In this document: piece by piece, positions 12,402-25,972 of the stretch
Numbering within the stretch: position 1 is the stretch's first letter
Layout: the number at the start of each line of letters is the position of its first letter
Origin: Octopus sinensis
Taxonomy: Eukaryota
Direction: 5' to 3'
NCBI RefSeq assembly: GCF_006345805.1
Contig: NC_043022.1
Span: 1,674,001 to 1,738,000, forward strand
Length of the DNA stretch: 64,000 nucleotides
Translations under genes and position numbers: made by a program
The notes under the pieces: generated by a model
Databases searched by the model: none
What the model was told of the DNA's origin: nothing
What the model saw: the letters and a program-made list of their open reading frames with translations, nothing else

Positions 12402-12949
12402 TGTGTGTGTGTGTGTGTGGTTATAAGCTTGTGTATATGTTGCTACAACTGCACGTACATATGCACAGATAGGAATAAGCCGTGGTGGTGGCCATCACTG
12501 TATATAAGCGGGGGGAGGACGGTTGCATATAAACGCATATGAAATACATGGGGTGGAGATTAAAGTGGGGGAGGGGAGGAAAAATGGAATAAGACTAAAG
12601 GGGGTGTGTGTGTGTGTGGTGTGTGCGACTAAAATACAACATATGTGCTTGTGTGTTGTGTGTGTGTGACAGAGGAAAGAACGTGGTGGTGGTGGTCGTG
12701 GTGGGGAGAGTGAGAAGCAAATATAAATATTTCGATTGCAGTTTCAACTCTGTGGCAGACTGCTGCTGCTGCTGCAGTTTGATGACAAAGCACAGCAGTG
12801 ATGGTGCAGCATCCTGCATATATCAGTTGATGACGATGGTGGTGGGGGTGGTGGAGGAGGAATTAGGAAGAGACAGATCTTAGCCCGGCTGTGTGTGTGG
12901 GAGAGAACTGTAGATAAATAAAGTTGGGGAGACATGACAGTGGGGAGAA

Positions 12950-13120
12950 GAGGAGAGAGAGAGAGAGAGAGAGGAAGAGAGAGAGAGTGAGAGAGGAAGA
13001 GAGAGAGAGAGGAAGAGAGAGAGTGAGAGAGGAAGAGAGAGAGAGAGGAAAACTGCAAAAAGAATGGGGGGGGGACCAATGGGAAACTATCCAGGCTGAT
13101 AGATATAGTGAGGAGATGAG

Positions 13121-13157
<37 letters not shown>

Positions 13158-13375
13158 AAGAGAGACAGAGATATATAGAGGGAGAGTCAGAAAGAAAGAG
13201 ATATATATAGAGAGACATATATAGAGACAGAGATATAGAGAGAGAGACAGAGAGATAGTGAGAGAGAGACAGACAGAGAGAGAGAGAGAGAAAGAGACAG
13301 ATAGAGGAGAGAGAGAGAGAGAGAGAGACAGAGAGTAGAGAGAGAGAGAGAGAGACAGAGATAGACAGAGACACA
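12950..13375. repeat. (AG)n-rich compound microsatellite
   Basis: Directly visible. Confidence 0.9.
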
Positions 13376-13862
13376 CACACACACACACAAAAAAAAAATC
13401 CGTCCAAGTGAGCATCAGAATATTGAAATTACTAACGAACGTTAGAGGGAGTGGGGAGAGGGGGGACTGAAGTATATTAATGGAGTTTGTGAATGCTAAC
13501 GAACTACGTAATTATGATGATGATAATTTTGATTAGAATGCTGCCAACGGTAGAGGGTGGTGGTGGTGACACTGGGGGTGGGTGGGGCACCTACTGTTTC
13601 CATCAGTTCTATGACTGCACAGACACAAAGTAACTGTGTAGAGGGCAGCACAAGTATTGTGTGGTAACAGATAAAGACAAAGAAACGTGATGATACTATG
13701 GGGGGAGGGGCAGACAGACAGACAGACAGAGGGAGATGCAGACACACCCACACACATACTTATTTGATGTCTGTCTTTGTGGTGGCACTGCATGAAAAAA
13801 AAAAAAAAAAGGCTTTGTGCTCATGTCTTGTGACTTAGCAGTTTGGCAAAAAATTTCGATAA

Positions 13863-14270
13863 AGGTGTGTGGTGCTGTGTGGTAAGCGGCTTTCTTCTCA
13901 ACCACATCGTTCCAGGTTCAGTCCCACTGTGTGACACCTTGCACAAGTGCCTTCTATAGCCCCAGGCTGACCAAAGCCTTGGGAGTAGATTTGGTAGATG
14001 GAAACAGAAAGAAGCCTGTAATGTATGTTTGTGTGTGCATGTCTCCCCCACCACTGCTCAACAACCAGTGCTGGTGTGTTTACATCCCCCCCCTAACTTA
14101 GTGGTTTGGCAAAAGAGACTGATAGAATAAGTACCAGGCTTAACAAAACAAAATAAGACCTGGCGGGGGGAGGAGGGGGGGGTCGATTCATTCAACTAAA
14201 AGTTCTTCAAAGTGGTGCTGCAGCATGGGCGGCACTGTCCAATGACAAACAAATATAAAACAAAACATAA
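13863..14270 (+). mobile_element. SINE family A, diverged
   Basis: gctgtgtggtaagcggctt...ggttcagtcccactg...gtgctgcagcatgg. Confidence 0.8.
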
Positions 14271-14639
14271 AAATAAGTACCAAACTTAAAAACAAAAAAG
14301 TCCTGGGGTTTGGCGTGACCGGCTGAGAAGACCTGGCAATCACAGCAGTAAAAGTGTGTAAGGTTGACTCAGTGAAGGACAGCCTAGGGTTAAAAAGCAA
14401 CACTTAGAATTACAAGCTGAAGCATGAATGAAACACAATTGAGACTAATTTCTCTACTGTACACACACACACACACACATACGCTCCAGATATGTTGACC
14501 TTTAACACTCACCTCTCCCCCCTGGGGCACCCACTGATATTCATTGTGATTGCCAACCCTGCTCACTTGGATTGATGGCTTTACAGGGTTTCTTTTTGTT
14601 TTTGTTTTGTTTCTGTTAAATGGCAAATCTGAAAATTAA

Positions 14640-14925
14640 GACACACAGACAGACACACACATACAGAGACAGACAGACAGACATATACAGAGAAACAGAC
14701 AGACAGAGACACACAGACAGACAGACAGACATATACAGAGACAGACAGACATATACAGAGACAGACAGACAGACACACAGAGACAGACAGACAGACATAC
14801 ATACAGATATATACAGAGACAGACAGACAGACATAGAGACAGACAGATAGACATACAGACACACACACACACATACAGAGACAGATAGACATACAGACAT
14901 ATACAGAGAAACAGACAGAGACAGA
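14640..14925. repeat. (AGAC)n/ACATATAC compound microsatellite
   Basis: Directly visible. Confidence 0.9.
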
Positions 14926-15194
14926 CAACACAGTATGCAGGGTACTTGTGTGTCTAAGGAAAAAGGGTTGAGTATAATACCTGGCTTGAAAGGAAGGGCT
15001 GACCACAGAAGGGCCACAGAAAATCTCCCTCAATCTCCGTCTGACCCATGCAAACATGGAAAAGTGGACATTAAAAACAACAACGACAATTTTATTCCCA
15101 CCTTCACAACCAGAATGTAATTACTAAACATCTACCATGATATAACAACCAACAGCTGTTACCTGTAGTCACACCTGACTCCAGGCACTTGCCA

Positions 15195-15233
<39 letters not shown>

Positions 15234-15385
15234 AGATCTTCTCAAAAGTTGCAAACATTTACCTGCCCCTCCACCCATGCTGATATGTAGCAAGCATGTA
15301 ACAGTTGCGACAGCCACGGCAGAAGCAAGCTACCACACAGACAAACCTCACAACAAAACAGTATACAGATCAATTATTTTAGTTA

Positions 15386-15570
15386 TACTCTTTTACTTGT
15401 TTCAGTCATGCTGGAGCACCGCCTTTAGTCGAGTAAATCGACCCCAGGACTTATTCTTTGTGAGCCTAAGTACTTATTCTATCGGTATCTTTTTGCCAAA
15501 CTGCTAAGTTACGGGGGACGTAAACACACCAGCATCGGTTGTCAAGCGATGTTGGAGGGGACAAACACAA

Positions 15571-15601
<31 letters not shown>

Positions 15602-15763
15602 TGACGGGCTTCTTTCAGTTTCCATCTACCAAATCCACTCACAAGGCTTTGGTCGGTCCGAGGCTATAGTAGAAGACATTTTCCCAAGGTGCCACAAAGT
15701 GGGAATGAACCCTGAACCATGTGGTTGGTAAGCAAGCTACTTACCACAGCCACTCCTGCGCCT
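15386..15763 (-). mobile_element. SINE family A, full length
   Basis: Reverse complement of family A. Confidence 0.9.
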
Positions 15764-16350
15764 TATAGTACAGACTATATATATAAATAAATATAGTAAG
15801 AGGAGGGATATAATATCCAGGTAGATACCGAATTTCTCTGAGTAAAAAACCAAGGCTGGTCCCTTCAGATGGTGCATTTTCCGTTAATCTTCCTTTAGCT
15901 CCCATCTGATGATCCAGTTTATTTCTTGGCTACTTAGAGTGTAAAGGACAATATTGATAATAAGGAGAATGAAGAATTTGAACACCCAAACATTACGTTT
16001 ATTTCCACTTAGTTTATTCATAATAATTGACCGACAATAACTGTTGGACAATTATTATAGGCTAACTGGAAATAAAGATTGAAGGTTTAAATTCTTCATT
16101 CTCCTTATCAATACACACATGTATACATACATACACACACACACATAAATATATATATTTATTTGGCTAATGAGAGTGATGGAAGATACAGGAATTTTTA
16201 TTCATCACTACAACTGTTTTGGCCCCTCACAGGTGGGATACTTAACAACTGGTCCAGGAGCAATCACCAGTTAAGTATCTTCCATCTCCATTAACCAAAT
16301 GCATAAACACTGAACATGAACATGCTTCCACTACCAGATGTAAACCATAA

Positions 16351-16583
16351 GGCGGCAAGGAGCTGGCAGCATGGTTAGCACGCCGGGTGAAATGCGTAAC
16401 CATATTTCGTCTGCCGCTACGTTCTGAGTTCAAATTCCGCTGAGGTCGACTTTGCCTTTTATCCTTTCGGGGTCGATTAAATAAGTACCAGTAACGCACT
16501 GGGGTCGATATAATCGACTTAATCCGTTTGTCTGTCCTTGTTTGTCCCCTCAGTGTTTAGCCCCTTGTGGGTAGTAAAGAAAT
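16351..16583 (+). mobile_element. SINE family B, young tail variant, with TSD
   Basis: ggcggcaaggagctggcag...gtagtaaagaaat, flanked by agatgtaaaccata / agatataaaccata. Confidence 0.9.
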
Positions 16584-17142
16584 AGATATAAACCATACAA
16601 AGTACCAATTTTTGTTCTAAATAGCAGTTGATAACTGAATGATCAACCTTGTTTGTGATTTTAAAAAACCCCAAAAAACTTCTTTCCTTAACAAGATCTA
16701 AATTAAAACCTTCCATGAAAATTTTTGTGAAAATTCGTTTCAAACACCAGCGACAATAATGAACAAAGTTATTTTACTAAATTATTCTTTATTTTCAAAA
16801 TCAATTCAAACAAAAGCAGGGTCAGGAAAGGGTCAAGGCAGTCTGGACAGCAAATAGAGTAGCAAAGCGATAGTACCACCGTATGTAGGGAGAGTAGAAC
16901 AATTTCGTAGTATAGGTAGGTAAAGTGTTGAATATAGCAGCATGAGAGTAATGAGACTGAACACAGGTAAGCTACTACAGTTCTCAGGTAGAAGGGTACC
17001 GCTTAGTAGCAAGGTAATGGAACTGTTGCAGGTAGGCAAAACGACTACAGCAATGGCAGAATGTGTCATGCTTGAGTAAGCAACATAAGAAGCAGCTGGA
17101 ATGTTTTCTGTTTCATTCATCAGAGTTCTTCAATGGTGACAT

Positions 17143-17247
<105 letters not shown>

Positions 17248-17794
17248 CTGCCATCTACGCAGCCACCACTACCATGTTTACTACTTGTTGCATCATAATA
17301 ATGCAGATTTACAGTGGTCTCCACCACCACTACCATTAATATCTGAATGGCTGTCAGAACAGGAAGTCAGAACAGCAAACAGGAAGTACTTGGTTCAAGG
17401 GCCACCACCCACTCTCAATATGGGCTTCACACACACACACACACAGGTATATGTGTGTGTGTGTGTGCTGCCTTCATGCACACACACGTGTGTGTGTGAC
17501 ACAAGTGGACAGAATGAGACAGAGCTGTGAAGACCCGAGACAAGTGTTACAACCACAGTGTTTGCTTAGGTAACAAGTATCGTACCACAAGAAACCCCCA
17601 AAAAGCAGGGCCAATAGGGAGTTGGTCTACATTCGATAAATCAAAGGTTCAGGCCTTTATCACAGGTGAAGCACTGTGTCCTTGGACAAAATTCTCTACT
17701 CTCACTGGCTCACTTCTATTTAAACACCCTGTTCAAGTCCCTATGTTTTATCTTGTTTAACCCATGGTAGGTCTTCATTGAACAGATCTTTTGA

Positions 17795-18017
17795 TTAACC
17801 CCTCAGCATTCACGTAATTCTGTCAAGTGCAATGTTTGTTATTTCACATCATTTTGAATTTATCACACATTATCTCATACCTTAGAGATTTTGATGATGT
17901 GATTGTTTATTTTTACAATGACATTGTAGGGTATGTGTGAAAGACCAGATCTGTGCTGTTTGAACATCAGTAGAATATTTTGGTTGGATATGACCAGTTT
18001 AAATGCTAAAAGGTTAA
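17795..18017. mobile_element. piggyBac-like MITE family P1
   Basis: TTAA-CCCCTCAGCATT ... AATGCTAAAAGG-TTAA. Confidence 0.8.
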
Positions 18018-18682
18018 AAGCCTGTCCAGGCATGACCAGCCGTTCTTTTTTTTCAAGATATAGTGTACCATGACCTACATTACCCAATGTGTCTCCACTT
18101 TTTATTCTTTTATAATGGTAGAGAGTGTTTTGAGGAAGAGTTGGCTATTATTTCTAGCATATCAAGCAACAATGTAGAAGCTCTCAAAGTTGTGGGTAAT
18201 GACAACTAATGATCGCTTCGTTAACTTTTGGCAACACTGAATTCAACCTGATGCAAAGAGGGAACCATATGAACCAACAACTCTGCCACCACATTAGGAA
18301 GTCGAAAGGATCACCAGGAGTTCAAATCTCACCACGGTATCTTCAATGGTATTACTGAGTTTTTTCGTTAAACAAAAACAACAAAAAAAAGAGTAAAAAT
18401 GATAAGAAAAAAATTGAGGTGAGAGACAGTACAATCCTCTCCATTTAAATGTTTACCATTTTGGAGAGAAAAGCCCAAGCACTGTCTCCAAATCCAACAT
18501 GTATAGGAAGCTAAAGCAGAAGAACAATGTGTCTCCCACATGGACCATTCTAAACCAGGAAATGCTTCTAGAATACTCAACAACTGACACAGCTTTCCAA
18601 CAGGATCATGTGCTATTTCCAGCAGAAGTCTGGAACCCTCAAGACTAAAGAAAGCCATCAAGGGACCATGCATAGCTGCTGA

Positions 18683-18934
18683 CCACAAGTGGAACCCGTC
18701 TGTAGGTGAAGACTTATTCAGTCCTTGCTGCCCTTCTCAGGTGAGACAAGTGGGACCCTTCTATAGGCAAAGACTTGTTCAGTCCTCACTGCCGTTCTCA
18801 GGTGAGACCACAAATGGAACCCTTCTGTAGGCAAAGACTTGTTCAGTCCTCGTTGACCCACTCAAGTGAGACCACAAGTGGAACCCTTCTAGAGACAAAG
18901 ACTTGTTCAGTCCTCACTGCCCCACTCAGGTGAA
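18683..18934. repeat. Minisatellite, four ~64-bp units
   Basis: ccacaagtggaacccttctgtaggcaaagacttgttcagtcctcactgcccttctcaggtgaga-like units of 64, 61, 64 and 63 bp. Confidence 0.9.
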
Positions 18935-19699
18935 GCATACAGGCTAAGGGGCAAAATGCTTGTGACCCTGAGATACCTGCTGATAATATGGAAGGGATTC
19001 TAGCATTGCAATGAATTTAGAAGAGCATGCAAAACCTCTGAATTGCTCCTGCAGCTTGTGTGTGGGGCAAAGCATCTCTGATTTTTATTTCACCTTGCAT
19101 TAAACCATTTATAGAAATTAATACCATTTACTCTGTCCAAGCAACTCTTCTCACACAACTCGTTTGTCCTGTTTCCTTTCCAGAGACATCTCAACTCAAT
19201 TGCTCCAGTTTCTGACCATTGATTGACCAACTGAGTTACAGCAATATATTCTTATAATCTGTGAGGTGGACAATTATATGGATTCTTTATCTGTTCTGTT
19301 TGTTTAACATGTCTATAACTGCTGTTCTATGGGAGGTGTATACGAGAACAAAAATATATCCAATTAGAAAAAAGTCAATTATACAAACACATATTTACAA
19401 ATATTCTTTGGACAGTTTATTTACAGTGTGAAGTACTGTCATCAAGACCGATTATATATATGTATGTATATATATGAGAGTGAAAGAGAAATACACACAT
19501 GCAAATAATGTTTGTGTATGGATATATCCATATATGCAAGGGTGTATACAGATATTTGCATATATTACACTGATGTGCAGATCTCGACCCTCATGTGGTG
19601 TCTTCAACATTAAAATACCTTGATTGAAACAAATCCTACAAATAATTATATATATATCTATATGTACATATATATATGTGTGTGTGTGTGTGTGTATGT

Positions 19700-19905
19700 A
19701 TGTGTGTGTGCGTTTGTCCCCCCAACATCACTTGACAACTGATGCTAGTGTGTTTACGTCCCTGTAACTTAGCGGTTCGGCAAAAGAAACCGATAGAATA
19801 AGTACTAGGCTTACAAAGAATAAGTCCTGGGGTCGATTTGCTCGATTAAAGGCAGTGCTCCAGCATGGCCACAGTCAAATGACTGAAGCAAGTAAAAGAG
19901 TAAAA
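19700..19905 (+). mobile_element. SINE family A, 3' half
   Basis: gtttgtccccccaacatcacttgacaac...gactgaagcaagtaaaagagtaa. Confidence 0.85.
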
Positions 19906-20149
19906 AAGATTCAAATTAAATTCCTTCCCTTTGCCTCCTGTCCTGTGTATCGCACGTGACACACAGGATATCTTTCCCTGGTAGTCATGCATTTATGTAC
20001 GATACAGATTCCCTTCTTTTTTAACCACCAGGGTAACTTGGGACCAATGAAAGGAAAGATTTAACATTACTCAGAACATATGGAACTAAAAGTCTGAAAA
20101 CGAGCAAGGACATTCAGGACAAGCTAAAAGAAATTCTTTGGACAAAGGA

Positions 20150-20377
20150 TTAACCCTTTAGTGTTTAAACCGGCCATATCCGGCCAAAATATTCTACCTA
20201 TTTTATGTTCAAACTAGTCAGATCTGGTCATTCATAGCTACCTTATTGTGTCATTTTAAAAATAAACAATCACATCATTGAAATCTCAAAGCCATGAAAT
20301 GATGCAAGATTAATTTTACATGGTGTGAATACATAAGCTTTACATTTGACAGAATAATCTGAATGATAAAGGGTTAA
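20150..20377. mobile_element. piggyBac-like MITE family P1 (opposite orientation)
   Basis: TTAA-CCCTTTAGTGTT ... AATGATAAAGGG-TTAA. Confidence 0.85.
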
Positions 20378-21348
20378 AACATAGCATTTACTCTAAAATA
20401 ATAGCGGTAGGTTGGAACCATCAGCAGGATTGGATTTATACATCTTGGTCAAAGAGTTGGAAGACAAACAGATGAAAGAACAAATCAACAACGTCTTACC
20501 CGAAGGACAGTTCTTGGTGGAGAAGAAACAAGAGAAGAGAAGGACGAGGAAATAGAACGGTTGACTTCAACCTCCAAACCAGCGTATATGTGGTTCATCT
20601 TGGTTTTTGTTGGTTTTGAAATCAGTTATTCCTAATCCTTTTTTGATTTTAAAAAAATCAAACTTAGTTGGCTTTATCATAAATTAGATTGTAAATATAT
20701 AAATATGTATATATTAAATGTAATTGATTATGGTCGTTTTCGAGACCCCGGACCCAGTGTCGTAATCCTGGACAAAGACAGAGTTCTGTTTTGAAATTTG
20801 TAGAATAACACAATGTTTGTGTCTGCCTGGTATGAGTTCAGGTTCTGCTGCTGCTGCTGACAGAAGATTCTGACCAAAAATTAATGCCAAAGTACAATAA
20901 ACAAGTACATAAATGGAAATGGTATCTATGACGACCTACTAAGAGAAAAATGTTTGTCTTTCCATCCTTATATTTATCGTAACACACACAAAATGCTAAA
21001 TATTTAGCCCTTGGTCAACTAAAGCTTTGCGAATGGATTTGGTAGATGGAAACTGATAGAAGCCTGTTGCATGTGTGTGTGTGTGTGTGTGTATCTTCAG
21101 TTGCTTGTACAAAAGTATGACGAGTGGGGGGGTTTCCATTTTTCTCAGACAAGTTGTCCAGGCCTTTCATAGTTTCAACAATAAGTGATCCCTTACTTGC
21201 AAAAAGAGTTTAAGGGTTAGCATCAAGAAGGGCATCAAGCTGTGAAACAACGCCTGAAATGACATTCATCCAACCCATGCAAGCAAGGGGGGGGGGGAAG
21301 GAACAAACGGAAAAACCCAAACAAATGAAACTGGTTTCTTAATTAAAA

Positions 21349-21515
21349 GGCACAGGCATGGCTGGTTGGTAAGAAGCTTGTTTACCAACCACATGGTTCC
21401 GGGTTCAGTCCCACTGCATGGCACTTTGGGCAAGTGTCTTCTACTATAGCCTCAGGCCAACCAAAGCCTTGTGAGTGGATTTGGTAGACAGAAACTGAAA
21501 TAAGCCCGTTGTATA

Positions 21516-21614
<99 letters not shown>

Positions 21615-21813
21615 CGTGCGTGTGTGCGTTCCCCCAACATTGCTTGACAACTGACGCTGGTATGTTTACGTACCAGTAACTTAGCGGTTCGGAAAAAAGA
21701 GACCGATAGAATAAGTACTAGGCTTACAAAGAATAAGTCCTGGGGTTGATCTGCTCGACTTAAAGGCTGTGCTCCAGCACGGCCACAGTCAAATGACTGA
21801 AACAAGTAAAAGA
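21349..21813 (+). mobile_element. SINE family A, full length
   Basis: Complete copy with expanded internal microsatellite. Confidence 0.9.
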
Positions 21814-22287
21814 GTTATATGATGATGGAGTGTCAAGTAGGAAAAGAAATAAAATTAACAAATGGCTGACGGGGAAGATGTAAAAGGTGTGATCTAAGGA
21901 AGACTTGGTTACTATTTCTAGCAAGTCGAGCAGCCGTGATGAGGTGCTTTTTAGTAACGACAGTGTGTGTGTGCTGACATAGTTTTCTAGCTGGGGGGGG
22001 GGGCACAATACAGCTGAACCAGTGTCTTAATGGCCATCACCCTCTGGATTGTCACAGTCACATAGCTGAGAACAGAGTACTACAGTACACCAGGACACAC
22101 ACTAATTATGTTCACAGTTTGCTGGCAGAAACTTCCTAACGAGACTCAAAGAATCTAATTTCATTTTCTTAATTCCATTTGTTGTTAATTACTGACACTA
22201 GGTGGCGCAGCCAACGAAATGGTAAACGCACCACGATGAAATATTACAGAAGGGAAAAACGGAGTGGCTTATTAAAAACTAAACTGA

Positions 22288-22735
22288 TAGTAGTAGTAGT
22301 AGTAGAGGTGGTGGTGGAAGTCATAGATGTTAGAAGTAGTAGTAGTGGTAGAGGTGGTGGTGGTAGTCATAGATGTTAGAAGTAGTAGTAGTAGTAGTAG
22401 TAGAGGTGGTGGTGGTAGTCATAGATGTTAGAAGTAGTAGTAGTAGTAGCAGTGGTAGAGGTGGTGGTGGTAGTCATAGATGTTAGTAGTAGTAGAGGTG
22501 GTGGTGGTAGTCATAGTTGTTATAAGTAGTAGTAGTAGTAGTAGAGGTGGTGGTAGTCATAGTTGTTAGAAGTAGTAATAGTAGTAGGTGTTGGTGGTGG
22601 TGGTAGTCATAGATGTTAGAAGTAGTAGTAGTAGTAGAGGTGGTGGTGGTGGTCATAGATGTTAGAAGTAGTAGTAGTAGAGGTGGTGGTGGTAGTCATA
22701 GATGTTAGAAGTAGTAGTAGCAGTGGTAGCAGCAG
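22288..22735. repeat. Minisatellite, ~40-bp unit (AGT)n-agag-(GTG)n-tagtcatagatgttaga, about 10 copies
   Basis: Directly visible. Confidence 0.95.
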
Positions 22736-23294
22736 CAGCACTGACGGGAAGTAAATAGTTGAGTACTAATTCCAAGCTACACAAACATTTCGCAGACACA
22801 CAGACACACACACACACAGATATAATTACATACTTAAATATATATATATATATATATATATACATACACATACACTGACATACATAAGAAATGGGATTTC
22901 CTTAGTGTCAAGAAGAGGAAAGAAAAAGTCAACAAAAAGACTCCCCCCTCCCCATAAAACCTTTCAGTGAATTGTCCAGAAAAAAACAAAGATGAGCTAA
23001 AAGTGTTTTCGATAAAGAAGTTTCTCCTTGTTATTCGGGATGGAGAGGGCAGGGATCTAATGGGGTCCACAGCAAATGTTCCACTCTGGTTGTATTTTGT
23101 AAGGATTTCTTTGCGTATTTAAAAGAGGCAGCAATCAGCTGTAAATGAGAACCTCTTGGCTAACGACGTGGAGGATGCTCTCACTAATTGTGTTTTAGGA
23201 GCCTGCATAGTTGCAAGGCGAGGTAGTTAGGAGCAGACAGACATTGTTAGGACTTTTCCACTCTTTGACCCAGTCACACATCCAGGACGTTGGG

Positions 23295-24045
23295 GAGAGG
23301 GAGAGAGAGAGAGAGAGAGCAAGAGGGGGAGAAAGAGAGAGAGAGAGAGCAAGAGGGGGAAAGAGAGAGAGAGAGAGCAAGAGGGGGAGAAGAGAGAGAG
23401 AGAGAGCAAGAGGGGGAGAGAGAAGAGAGAGAGCAAGAGGGGGAGAAAGAGAGAGAGAGAGAAAGTAAGAAAGAGAAAGAAAGTGAGAGGAAGAGAGAGT
23501 GAGAGAGCAAGAGCAAGAACGAGAGAGAGCAAAAGAGTGGAGGGAGAGAGAGCAAAAGAGTGGGAGGGAGAGAGAGCAAGAGGGGGGAGAAAGAGAGAGA
23601 GAGAGAGAGAAGAGAGCAAGAGGGGGAGAAAGAGAGAGAGAGAGAAGAGAGCAAGAGGGGGAGAAGAGAGAGAGAGAGAAAGTAAGAAAGAGAAAGAAAG
23701 TGAGAGGAAGAGAGAGTGAGAGAGCAAGAGCAAGAACGAGAGAGAGCAAAAGAGAGGGAGGAGAGAGAGAGAGCAAAAGAGAGGGAGGGAGAGAGAGCAA
23801 AAGAGTGGGAGGGAGAGAGAGCAAGAGGGGGAGAAAGAGAGAGAGAGAGAAGAGAGAGAGAGAGAAAGTAAGAGAAAGTGAGAGAACAAGAGCAAGAACG
23901 AGAGAGAGAGAGCGAGCAAGGGAAAGTACGAGAGAGAGGGAGAGAGGGCAAGAGAGAGCAAAAGGGAGGGAGAGAGAGCAAAAGAGAGGGAGAGAGAGAG
24001 AGCAAAGGAGAGAGTGAGAGCAAGAAAGAGGGATAGAGAGAGAGC
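23295..24045. repeat. Purine-rich compound minisatellite (GA)n-GCAAGAGGGGG
   Basis: Directly visible. Confidence 0.9.
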
Positions 24046-25598
24046 GTGTGTATGTGTGTGTGTGTGCATGTGTGAGAAAGAGAAGTAGAAGTGGTAGTAG
24101 CGTGAGGGATAATTGTGGTGGCTCTCCTGCAGTGGTGCTGCTCTCAAGGCCATCTTGGCCGAGAAACAACAAGAGAAAGCATTTTGCAAAGTAAGCAGAG
24201 ATTGTGTCTGGAAACAACCCAGAAGATCTGATCGGATGCTTTCACTAATTGGGTTTTAGGAGCCTGCACAGTTGCAGATCCAAGCAGTCATGAGCAGACG
24301 GACATTGTTTCAGCTTTCCCACTCTTATGACCTAGTCACACATCCAGGAATTTGGAGAGAGAGAGAGAGCAATGAAGCAATATACGAGGATGTATATATA
24401 GTTTTTGCTTCCTTGATGATAATCATGCGAGTCAAAACAAGTGGATAAAGGCCTCTGAAAGACACAAACGACTGAAAAGAGAAGATACTAAAGGCTACTT
24501 GCTCCACAGTTCCAAACAGATTGCAAATTAAATTTCTAGACTGGACACTTTGCTTATCTCACTGGTTAACAGAGACCATGCTATCAAATCACCAGGGCCT
24601 GGCTGCAAATGCAGAAGTTAGAGAAAGCCATACAATAAACAAGTCTCCGGACTGAACCCAGAACCATGTCAGACCCATGAAAGCATGGAAAAGTGGATGC
24701 GAAAATGAAGATGATGAGTTAGTAACAGTCTTCACAGAGCACAACTGTATCTCCTGGTCTCTGCTCTTAACACAACTCCTCTGTCCCTCATACGAGCAAA
24801 CAGCTGAAGCTTTGTAGGAATCAAACATTTAAATTGACCCCTATTTTGCATATCTGCTACTTTATTGAGTCAACTCTGAAAGAATGAAAAGCAAATTTAG
24901 TTCCTGGGATATTTGGACACAGAACAGAGGGATGAAAGGGGAAAAAACCCCCAAACCCCTAAAAGGTTGTTGTCCTATTAGTTTCTACGGCTGGATGTCC
25001 TTCTGAACACCAACCACTCCAGTAGACCAAAACAGGAGTAAAAAGCGGCCCATGGGGGCAAAAGATGGTCGAGGACTGCTGAGTTAAAACATAAACTGAA
25101 GAAAGAGGCAGAAGAAAAAAAGGAAGGAAGAGAAGAGGAGAGAAGAAGTAGTAGAAGAAGAAAAAATTGAAAGAGGAGAAGATGACTTGAAACTTAAAAC
25201 TAAGACAGTCTGCAGCAACAGCAACAACAACATAGAGCAACATGGAATCTTGTGGTGAGATTAAGCTGACATTCTTGCAGATGTTTTCTAATGAGAGCTT
25301 TTAGTGCTAATTGCCAGGAATTGCTTAATAAACATGATAATGACAAGAGTAGTTAATCTGGAACAGTGACTTAATGAATGAACTTTATTAATTACTTGCA
25401 GTGTTTAAAATTTAGTGGTAAACAGAAAGTGCCACAGAAGCTAAGAGAGGCAACAAATATTAAATATTAATTTTCACACACACACACACACACAGATAAG
25501 GTCAGTAGACTTTTTTCCTTGGAACTGTTTAGCCTTCGCAAAGGGCATCAAGCCAATTCTTGAAACTTAAGGATAGTTTAAAAAAAAAAAAAAAAAAA

Positions 25599-25972
25599 GG
25601 CTGTGTGGTAAGTAGCTTGCTAACCAACCACATGGTTCCGGGTTCAGTCCCACTGCGTGGCATCTTGGGCAAATGTCTTCTGCTATAGCCCCGGGCCGAC
25701 CAATGCCTTGTGAGTAGATTTGGTAGACAGAAACTGAAAGAAGCCTGTCGTATATATGTATATGCGTGTCTGTGTTTGTCCCCCTAGCATTGCTTGACAA
25801 CCGATGCTGGTGTGTTTACGTCCCTGTCACTTAGCGGTTCGGCAAAAAGAGACCGATAGAATAAGTACTGGGCTTACAAAGAATAAGTCCCGGGGTCGAT
25901 TTGCTCGACTAAAGGTGGTGCTCCAGCATGGCCGCAGTCAAATGACTGAAACAAGTAAAAGAGTAAAGAGTA
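25599..25972 (+). mobile_element. SINE family A
   Basis: Near-consensus copy. Confidence 0.9.

Noticed and set aside
12500-12540. Two TATA-like boxes (tatataag, catataaa)
   Set aside because: Expected by chance in AT/TA-rich DNA; no downstream exon identified.
15905-17125. CTGATGA words at ~15905(+) and ~17116(-)
   Set aside because: No properly placed stem II/GAAA/stem III/NUH arrangement, so not counted as hammerheads.
18683-18934. Regularly spaced repeats resembling a CRISPR array
   Set aside because: Contiguous tandem units with no unique spacers, in eukaryotic DNA with no cas genes.
20400-20560. Purine-rich stretch that translates as LVKELEDKQMKEQINNVLPEG
   Set aside because: Short, absent from the ORF track, no splice or homology support.
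23195-24217. 340/320/249-aa Leu/Ser-rich ORFs
   Set aside because: Translation of a (CT)n-rich array; no domain signal.
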